Assembly: GCA_041576165.1 (NCBI GenBank)
Contig: JBFGLM010000008.1
Coordinates: forward strand, 59,091 to 123,090
Reading direction: 5' to 3'
DNA: 64,000 bases
Source of the DNA: Acidimicrobiia bacterium
GTDB taxonomy: Bacteria; Actinomycetota; Acidimicrobiia; Spongiisociales; Spongiisociaceae
The position numbers were made by a program, and so were the translations under genes. Positions 56,462-64,000 of the stretch are shown here, piece by piece. The notes below the pieces were generated by a model that was given only the letters and a program-made list of their open reading frames with translations, had not been told where the DNA came from and made no database searches. Position 1 is the stretch's first letter. Each line of letters opens with the position of its first letter.

Positions 56462-58849
56462 TCAGGCCGCCGGGTTGGCCCAGAGCACGATGGTGGATCC
56501 GGGTTCGGTCCCTGGTGCTGGTTCTTGTTTCCACACCATTCCCGGGCGTCTGGCTGCGTCCGCCGGGTCTGATTCCGATTCGACGCGCACGTCTACGTTG
56601 ACCGCAATGGCCTCGAGCTCGGCCAGGGCGTGGTCGAGCTGGAACCCGAGCAATGACGGGATGACCGACCCGGGAGCTGGACCGGCAACCATCAGACGAA
56701 CCGGCGTGCCGCGCTGAGCGGGAAAACCCGGCGACGGCTGCTGGTTGAAGATCGTGCCCTGGGCGAGGTTGCCGCCATCCTGCCAGTCGACCACGGTGTC
56801 GAACCCCTGCTCCGAAAGGAGACCGACCGCCGCGGATAGGTCGAGAGCGATGACGTCGGGCACCACGCCCGAACCGACCTCTACGACCCCGTGCGGATTG
56901 TGGACCGGACACACGACCGTGGGAATGGCGTCGGCCGGCAGCTGCACCCGCGCCACGTGCTGGGACGGGCACAATGGACCGGCCAAGAAGCCGGTCGAGG
57001 TATCGATCTCCACCTCGACGGCGTCGCCGGTGTTGGTCGTTTGCAGCAGCGAGAACGTGCCAGCCAGCGCGCCCGAGGCAAATCGGTTCCACACCTGAGC
57101 CGGCCACGTACCGCCGGTCACGGTGAAGGGCGTCGCCGGCGGTTCCATCGGGAACTGGCCGTCTGGAAACCCTACCCACACCGACGCCACCAGCTCGGGC
57201 GTGTAGCCGACGAACCACGCATCGTTGTGAGACTGAGAAGTCCCGGTTTTGCCCGCCACCGGGCGGCCGATCGCCGCCTGCTGACCCGTGCCCCGCTCCA
57301 CGACCTGCGTCAGCGCGGTGGTCACGCCCAACGCGACATCCCGGCTCATGGCCTCGGTGATGACCGGGACGCTCTCGTAGATGTTGACGCCCTCGTTGGC
57401 GTCGATGTGCGTCACCAGGATCGGGTCGATATGGACTCCTTCGGCCGCCAGCGTCCCGAACGCGGAGGCGAGCTCGATTGGCGAGACCTCCTGGGCACCG
57501 AGCGCGATCGATGGCAGCGGCTCCAAGTCGGAGGTGATGCCCGCGGCGGTCGCCAGGTCGACCACTCTGCCAGGACCGACGATGTCGACCAACCGGGCGT
57601 ACACGACGTTCACCGAGAACACGGTCGCTTCCAGCAACGTGAGATCCGGGAAGTTCAGCTTGTTGTAGTTCTCCACCTGCCACGGCCCTGAGTCCGTCGC
57701 AATCTCGACTTTTGACCCTCCAACGAACATCGAGTTGAGCGAATGACCTGACTCGATGGCGGCAGCGAGAACAAACGGCTTGAAGGCCGAACCGGGTTGC
57801 CGGCGCGCCTGAGTCGCCAGATTGAACTGGGCGTTGGGGTCGTTCGGGTCGTAGAAGTCCCGGCCGCCCACCAGCGCCCGGACGTAACCGGTCCGCGGCT
57901 CGATTGCAGCCAGCGCAACCGCGGGACCATCTTCGGGAACTACCGAGCGAGCCGCCTCCTCGGCGGCCAGCTGGACCGAAGGCACGAGCGTCGTGTGGAT
58001 ATGGAGCCCGCCCCGGAACAAGGCGTTGTACCGATCGGTGGGGGTGGGTCCCAGGGCGGGGTCGTCGAGCAAGCGGCGCTTGACTTCCTCGGTGAAATAG
58101 GGAAATCGGACCTCTTCTGGAGGAAGCGGCGGCGCCAGCCGGATAGGTGTCTGGTCGGCCGTGGCGGCGACTTCGGGGCTGAGCCAGCCCAGTTCGGTCA
58201 TCTTGCTCAAAACCACCCGCCGCCGGGCGGCGGCGGCATCGGACGCCCGGTAGGGGTCGATGGCTGAGGGTGCCTGGATCAGTCCGGCGAGCAATGCCGC
58301 CTCCGGGATGTCCAGCTGGTCGACAGTTTTGCCGAAGTATGTGGCAGCAGCGGCTCCCACGCCGTACGCACCGTTCCCGAAGTACACAGTGTTGAGGTAA
58401 TTCTCGAGGATCTGTTCCTTGCTCAGCCCGGCCTCGAGGCGAACGGCCAGTGCCGCCTCGGTCAGTTTGCGGTCCAGGGTCACATCCGGAGTCAGCACGA
58501 CGTTCTTGAGGTACTGCTGGGTGATGGTGGATCCGCCTTGAACGACGTCGTGGGCCTCGATATTGGCGACCAACGCCCGAGCCACCGCCTGGATATCCAC
58601 GCCCTTGTGTTCCCAGAATCGTTCGTCTTCGATGGCCACGACGGCGTCGATCAGATGCGCGGGAACATCGGCCAGCTCGATCAGCACCCGGTTCTCTTCG
58701 GCGTGGAACTGGGCCAGGACTGATCCATCGGCGGCGTACACGATGGTCGTGAGTGGCAATTCACCCAGCCCCGGGTCGTCCAACGGCCGAACCGAGCAAG
58801 CGCCGAGCACCATCAGCATCGCGAGCGTCCAGGTTGTCGCCCGGTTCAT
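56462..58849 (-). CDS. Class A penicillin-binding protein (PBP1A-like) with C-terminal PASTA-like domains
   Basis: EDERFWEH, GGSTITQQ, RKLTE, SAFK, SVN, KTG motifs; VPDVI...QQPSPG and IPSLLG...QEPAPG repeats; start after SD GAAGGTGG. Confidence 0.92.
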   Translation of the reverse strand: MNRATTWTLAMLMVLGACSVRPLDDPGLGELPLTTIVYAADGSVLAQFHAEENRVLIELADVPAHLIDAVVAIEDERFWEHKGVDIQAVARALVANIEAHDVVQGGSTITQQYLKNVVLTPDVTLDRKLTEAALAVRLEAGLSKEQILENYLNTVYFGNGAYGVGAAAATYFGKTVDQLDIPEAALLAGLIQAPSAIDPYRASDAAAARRRVVLSKMTELGWLSPEVAATADQTPIRLAPPLPPEEVRFPYFTEEVKRRLLDDPALGPTPTDRYNALFRGGLHIHTTLVPSVQLAAEEAARSVVPEDGPAVALAAIEPRTGYVRALVGGRDFYDPNDPNAQFNLATQARRQPGSAFKPFVLAAAIESGHSLNSMFVGGSKVEIATDSGPWQVENYNKLNFPDLTLLEATVFSVNVVYARLVDIVGPGRVVDLATAAGITSDLEPLPSIALGAQEVSPIELASAFGTLAAEGVHIDPILVTHIDANEGVNIYESVPVITEAMSRDVALGVTTALTQVVERGTGQQAAIGRPVAGKTGTSQSHNDAWFVGYTPELVASVWVGFPDGQFPMEPPATPFTVTGGTWPAQVWNRFASGALAGTFSLLQTTNTGDAVEVEIDTSTGFLAGPLCPSQHVARVQLPADAIPTVVCPVHNPHGVVEVGSGVVPDVIALDLSAAVGLLSEQGFDTVVDWQDGGNLAQGTIFNQQPSPGFPAQRGTPVRLMVAGPAPGSVIPSLLGFQLDHALAELEAIAVNVDVRVESESDPADAARRPGMVWKQEPAPGTEPGSTIVLWANPAA

Positions 58850-58987
58850 GCCACCTTCACTCCGTGCGACCCGAGAGTACCGCCGCGCTCGACGAGACCC
58901 GCGCCTTTCGAACAACCAGCGGCCGTCGCTGTGGCTATTGCTGTAGCTACTGCTACAGCAGGGCCGCCATGGCTAACCTCACGGACC

Positions 58988-60178
58988 GTGGAGCCCCGCG
59001 AACAAGCCGCATTCCTGTTGCGCAACGTCGACACCTTCCTCCCAGAGGGCGAGCTCGCCACCCGGGTCGGGGAGGGGCGACCGCTGCGTGTCAAGCTCGG
59101 GCTGGATCCCACGGCTCCGGCCGTCACCCTGGGCTGGGCGGTCGTGCTGCGCAAGCTCCGGGAGTTTCAAGACCTCGGTCATGTCGCCGTGCTCATCGTC
59201 GGCGACTTCACTGCCCAGGTTGGCGATCCGAGCGGCCGCTCTGAAACTCGCAAGCGGCTGAGCGTCGAGGAGGTCCGCGGATATGCCGAGTCGGTGCTCG
59301 CCGAGTTCAACCTGATCCTTGATCAAGAGCGGCTGGAGATCAGATACAACTCGGAGTGGCTGGCCTCGCTCGACATGGCCGGGATGCTGGAGCTGGCGTC
59401 GTCGACGACACTGGCTCAGATGCTCGAGCGGGACGATTTCGCCAACCGGTATGCCGCCCAGCAACCGATCTCGCTGATCGAGTTCGTGTACCCCTTGTTG
59501 CAGGGATACGACTCTGTGGCCGTCGAGGCCGATGTCGAGTTGGGCGGTACCGATCAGCTGTTCAACCTCGTCATCGGCCGCCGGGTCCAGGAACGGTACG
59601 GGCAACGGCCGCAGATGGTGTTGACCATGCCACTGCTGGTGGGGACCGATGGTGCCAAGAAGATGTCCCAGTCCTTGGGTAACTACATCGGGATCACCGA
59701 AGAGCCGTCCGACATGTTCGGCAAGATCATGAGCATCCCCGACGAACTGATGGCTCAGTACTACCGGCTGGTGTCGGGCCTGCCGTGGGATCAGGTCACC
59801 GACATTTGCGCCCGCCTGGCCTCTGACGGCGTTCATCCCAACGAGGCCAAGCGTCGGCTCGGGCGGGCAGTGGTGTCCCAGTACCACGGCGCTGAAGCTG
59901 CCGGCGACGCCGAAGCTCGATTCGATCAGGTGTTCAAGGCGCGGGAAGTGCCGGACGACATCGATGAATTTCAGCTGCCGGACCTCGAGGAAGTCGCGGT
60001 GGCTTCCCTGCTGCGCGACGCCGGGCTTGTGTCCTCAGGGGCTGAAGGTCGCCGAATGCTGCAACAGGAGGCTGTTCGTCTGAACGGCGAACGGGTGGTT
60101 GGGGAACATCTACGGGTCGACGAGGCTCGCGGTGCCGTTCTCCAGGTCGGGAAACGGCGTTTTGTCAGGCTGATTTGA
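58988..60178 (+). CDS. tyrS: Tyrosine--tRNA ligase (TyrZ-type) with altered HIGH/KMSKS motifs
   Basis: VKLGLDPTAP, GDFTAQVGDPSGRS, YPLLQGYD, GGTDQ, S4-like C-terminus QVGKRRF. Confidence 0.95.
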   Translation: MEPREQAAFLLRNVDTFLPEGELATRVGEGRPLRVKLGLDPTAPAVTLGWAVVLRKLREFQDLGHVAVLIVGDFTAQVGDPSGRSETRKRLSVEEVRGYAESVLAEFNLILDQERLEIRYNSEWLASLDMAGMLELASSTTLAQMLERDDFANRYAAQQPISLIEFVYPLLQGYDSVAVEADVELGGTDQLFNLVIGRRVQERYGQRPQMVLTMPLLVGTDGAKKMSQSLGNYIGITEEPSDMFGKIMSIPDELMAQYYRLVSGLPWDQVTDICARLASDGVHPNEAKRRLGRAVVSQYHGAEAAGDAEARFDQVFKAREVPDDIDEFQLPDLEEVAVASLLRDAGLVSSGAEGRRMLQQEAVRLNGERVVGEHLRVDEARGAVLQVGKRRFVRLI

Positions 60179-61121
60179 GCCGGCCGAAACGCGTGAAGGC
60201 CCGCCCGATCAGCTGCGCCTGAGTGCGTTTTCCGAACAGGTGGAAGCTGGCGTGCCCTCCCTCGAGCCAGACGAGTTCCGACCCCGGCCAGTGCGCGGCG
60301 AGTCGTTCGACGTCGGCGGGGGACACATACGCGTCTCGTCGGGCACCGCTGACAACTGCGGCCGCCGCGTGAGGTGTTGGCGGGTAGCGGATGACGGTTA
60401 CGTCGTCCAGCATCGACCGCAACCGGGGGAGCGCGCGGGCTTGGCCTCCCAGCGCCGTCCAGTCGACGGTTGAGGAGAGGATGCCCGCGGTGAAGACGGG
60501 TGACGGCGACGGTCCGGCTGCCATGCAGGCGGTCGCCACCGGTCCCGGCGCCAGCGCGCTCACATATGCGGCCATGCTGCCTCCCTGACTGAAACCGGCA
60601 ACTCCGGCGGCATGGCCTCCTTCTGCGACGTAACGCAGCAAAGCTCGTGCTTCAGCAACCGTGGCCGAACCCATCCGGAAGAAATCAGCGACGGTCGGGA
60701 GGGGTTGTCCGGCCTGGACACGCCGAGTTCCGTAGTAGGGGTTTTCGAGAATCAGCGCACCGATGCCCACTGCGGCCAGATGGTGGGCCACCGAGGCCCG
60801 GGTTGCCCATCCATGATCGTTCGAGGCAGCGAGGAGGACGACCTGGCGCTCGTGATCCGCGCCGAACCACAGCACCCGGGCCCGGCTCGCTTCTGCGGGC
60901 AGTGATTCACCGGGAGACGGGAACGTGCCCAACCGGGCCCCTTCATGTTCGACCGCCGGCTCCCATGAGATCGAGATTTCCTTCGTTTCCGGCGGATGGC
61001 GCCGCTCATGGGCAAAGTGGGCGAGTGCCTCAGGATCACCCCATCCGCCGGGGAACAGCCGGGGAATGACGCAGGGGAGCTGCATGAGGGCGTGCGCCAG
61101 CCGATCCAAATGATGGAGCAT
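60165..61121 (-). CDS. Alpha/beta hydrolase, ABHD18/DUF2048-like
   Basis: GWG near the N-terminus, LENPYYG, GFSQGG nucleophile elbow, RDAYV, GGH; start ATG 61121 or 61127. Confidence 0.75.
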   Translation of the reverse strand: MLHHLDRLAHALMQLPCVIPRLFPGGWGDPEALAHFAHERRHPPETKEISISWEPAVEHEGARLGTFPSPGESLPAEASRARVLWFGADHERQVVLLAASNDHGWATRASVAHHLAAVGIGALILENPYYGTRRVQAGQPLPTVADFFRMGSATVAEARALLRYVAEGGHAAGVAGFSQGGSMAAYVSALAPGPVATACMAAGPSPSPVFTAGILSSTVDWTALGGQARALPRLRSMLDDVTVIRYPPTPHAAAAVVSGARRDAYVSPADVERLAAHWPGSELVWLEGGHASFHLFGKRTQAQLIGRAFTRFGRLKSA

Positions 61122-61171
61122 GACCATAATCCTGGCATGCCGCCCAGTTTGTGCGTCGCTACCTTTAGGGC

Positions 61172-63094
61172 ATGAAACGGCGAGTAGGACGGTGGCCAGC
61201 GTGGGTGGCTCTCGTGGTGCTGGTGGGCTGGAGCGCGCCCGCCTACGCCAACTTTGACGGCACATTCGCCGATGACGATGGGTCGGTCCATGAGCCCAAC
61301 ATCGAGGCCATCGCCGCAGCCGGCATCACGGCGGGATGCAACAGCGCCGGCATGCTCTATTGCCCAGATTCCGGGTTGTCGCGCGGCCAAATGGCCTCGC
61401 TGCTCGCTCGGGCGCTCGACCTGACCGGCAACGCCCCCGACGCATTCGATGACGACGCCGGCTCGGTGCACGAGGCCAACATCAACCTGGTGGCCGCTGC
61501 CGGTATCACGGTCGGGTGCGAGACACGGCTCTACTGCCCCGACATCGTGGTGTCGCGCGCACAGATGGCCACCTTTCTGGTGCGGGCGATTCCCAGTTTC
61601 AACCCGGCCACGGCGGACTATTTCATAGACGACTCGGGTAACACCCACGAAGCCGCCATCAACGTGCTGCGGGAGAACGGCGTCACCACCGGATGTAACG
61701 CCCTTGGGAACTTCTACTGTCCGCTCGACCGCGTCTCACGTGCACAGATGGCCTCGTTCCTCGCCCGCGCGCTGGGCCTCGATCCGATCATCCCGACCCC
61801 TCACCCCGGCGACGATCCGCTGTTCTATGCGACGCCGGTCGTAACAGGGACCGGAGCCCGGACGATCGTGGTTCCCACCGGCGGATCCCCGTCATTGCAG
61901 GACGCGTTCGACGACGCCCGACCAGGCGACACCATCGTGCTGGCCTCCGGAACTCATTTCCTAGCGGGCCAGGGCAACCAGGTCCTGGGCCGGTCGGGCA
62001 CGGCGAGCGCATGGATCCTGATCCGGGGGGCTGATGGCGCCCGGCCGGTCATCGATCTGCAGGGCACCGGCGAGCTGCGACTGAGCGCCAGTTATGTCGC
62101 GCTCGAGCATCTAGAGATTCGAAGCGGCGGCGGCAACAATCTGCACATTGCGCCGGGATCGACCAGCATCTCCAACATCGTTGTCCGTGATGTCAAGATC
62201 GACGGTCTCAACTCGGGCCCAGGCGCCGCCATCAAGATCAACCGCAACAATTCATCAGGCGCAGGTGTATCGCTGGTCTACATCGAGGACTGTGACGTCA
62301 GCGGAGCGCTGGACAACGCGGTCATTGACGGTGTCGGAGTGGAGCAGGCAGTCGTCCGCGACTGCTGGATTCACGACAACCAGGCCGGCAGCCATGGCAT
62401 CTTCTTCAAGGGCGGCTCGGCCGACATTCTGATCGAAGGCAATCTGATCTCGGGCATCCGCCAGAACGCGGCTCTGCAGTTGGGCGGCAACACGGGCGCT
62501 GCCTTCTGGCACCCCCTCTATCCCAGCTGGGAGGGGGTCGATCAGGTGGCTCGCAACAACCTCATTGCCGACTTTGACGACTCCGGAGTCGAGATTCGGG
62601 GCGTCCAGGGCGCCCGCGTCTACCACAACACCATCGTGACCCAGAGCACGTTTGCGATCTTCCGGCTGGCTCTTGGCAACAATTCGGCCGGTGGCTCGAG
62701 CGACAACGATGATGTGGAGATCGTGAACAACCTGGTGATCGCCACCGGCGGCACTCCGCAATATGCTCGTAACGACGGCGCCAGTGAGGCACTGAGCTTC
62801 GTGAGCCAGCTGTGGGCGGGGGACTTTCGCAACTCCGGCTCGCCGACCCCCGGCGTTCCGACCTTCCCAACCAGCGGCGACGTCGTTGTTGCTGAGTCAG
62901 GGGTCGAGTTCGTCGTGATCGACCCGACCGCCACGAATCTGGCCGGCCGTGCGAACGCGCTGGCTAGATACCGCCCGCTCAACGGCAGCGTGGCGCTAAG
63001 CAACGGGGTCCCGGCCGATCTGGTGCCGTTCGACATATTCGGCGCACCCCGCTCACCGACCGCCCCCAGCATCGGAGCGATCGAGAATTCCTGA
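61172..63094 (+). CDS. Secreted S-layer-homology-domain protein with parallel beta-helix domain
   Basis: Signal peptide ending AYA; three F.DD.G..HE..I......G.T.GC...YCP....R.QMA..L.RA repeats; then PGDTIVL and NNLI/HNTI beta-helix repeats. Confidence 0.8.
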   Translation: MKRRVGRWPAWVALVVLVGWSAPAYANFDGTFADDDGSVHEPNIEAIAAAGITAGCNSAGMLYCPDSGLSRGQMASLLARALDLTGNAPDAFDDDAGSVHEANINLVAAAGITVGCETRLYCPDIVVSRAQMATFLVRAIPSFNPATADYFIDDSGNTHEAAINVLRENGVTTGCNALGNFYCPLDRVSRAQMASFLARALGLDPIIPTPHPGDDPLFYATPVVTGTGARTIVVPTGGSPSLQDAFDDARPGDTIVLASGTHFLAGQGNQVLGRSGTASAWILIRGADGARPVIDLQGTGELRLSASYVALEHLEIRSGGGNNLHIAPGSTSISNIVVRDVKIDGLNSGPGAAIKINRNNSSGAGVSLVYIEDCDVSGALDNAVIDGVGVEQAVVRDCWIHDNQAGSHGIFFKGGSADILIEGNLISGIRQNAALQLGGNTGAAFWHPLYPSWEGVDQVARNNLIADFDDSGVEIRGVQGARVYHNTIVTQSTFAIFRLALGNNSAGGSSDNDDVEIVNNLVIATGGTPQYARNDGASEALSFVSQLWAGDFRNSGSPTPGVPTFPTSGDVVVAESGVEFVVIDPTATNLAGRANALARYRPLNGSVALSNGVPADLVPFDIFGAPRSPTAPSIGAIENS

Positions 63095-63220
63095 TGTGAT
63101 TCGGAGGTGGCGAAAGCGTGCTAAGGTTCTGTTTCCGGTCAACGACCGGGAGTCCGGGAACCGAGTATCTGGCAGCCGATGAGATGGATCTGTCGGCCTG
63201 CAGGTGAGCGGTGCCCGGGT

Positions 63221-63250
63221 TTGGCATCTTCCGGCCCCAGCTGGTAAAAT
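63221..63250 (+). promoter_or_regulatory. rRNA operon promoter
   Basis: TTGGCA-N18-TAAAAT with TG extension; a second candidate -10 TAAGGT at 63122. Confidence 0.6.
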
Positions 63251-63401
63251 GTCATGCTCGCACGTTCAGGCGTGCGACCACATCGCCCCGGCGCTCTCAG
63301 GGAGTGTCGGGTGACGAGTCCGGGCCCGTTTCGGCGGGTCTCGAGGTTCCAGGCGGGTGTTCACTCGAGCACCACCCATGTGGGTGAAGCCAGAACCGCG
63401 G

Positions 63402-63420
63402 GCTCCTTGACAACTAAACA
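63402..63420 (+). promoter_or_regulatory. rrn leader boxA-like / processing element
   Basis: GCTCCTTGACAACTAAACA resembles the actinobacterial rrn leader TCCTTGAGAACTCAACA. Confidence 0.65.
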
Positions 63421-63598
63421 GCGTGTCAAAAGCCAATAAACCATCGATTCCGCCGTGGCTGAGCAGGTTCACCTGCAACGTCGCGGAGGGAACGTACTCC
63501 ATGATGCCGGTCCATAATTCCGGACCGGTTGCAAATGGGGATCAAACCATTGACTGATTGTGTGGGGCCGGTGTTCGCACCAGCCACATGCGAGATGT

Positions 63599-64000
<402 letters not shown>

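Overview
GC-rich actinobacterial chromosome segment, most consistent with class Acidimicrobiia (16S 5' end, mIHF, DUF6167-like gene before alaS, SLH-type surface protein, gene order); the taxonomy is inferred, not checked against a database. Mostly core genes on the + strand: hisS-aspS-rarA-alaS-ruvX-mltG-aroE, aroC-aroB-efp-nusB, pyrR-pyrBC-carAB-pyrDF, mIHF-gmk-rpoZ-coaBC-metK-priA-def-fmt-rsmB-rpe, a REC-GGDEF gene, ribDEBAH, infC-rpmI-rplT, pheST, argF, tyrS and the start of an rRNA operon. It also holds a monoderm type IVa pilus system: minor pilins at 113-2338 and DUF4388-pilB-pilT-pilC-pilA-pilA2-pilD-pilMNOP between aroE and aroC, with no pilQ. Most notable: (1) MshEN-like c-di-GMP-receptor domains on both PilB and PilT plus sigma-WhiG/FliA-type promoters; (2) two diverged copies of a ~170-bp structured element with compensatory base changes flanking pilMNOP; (3) repeated tiny 'relay' ORFs overlapping an upstream stop and a downstream start, including one that links a PyrR operator to pyrR; (4) a TyrRS with both class I signature motifs altered; (5) CTG (rarA) and ATC (infC) starts, many apparently leaderless genes, and an expanded L20 leader. 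No CRISPR array, transposase, integrase or tRNA gene was seen.
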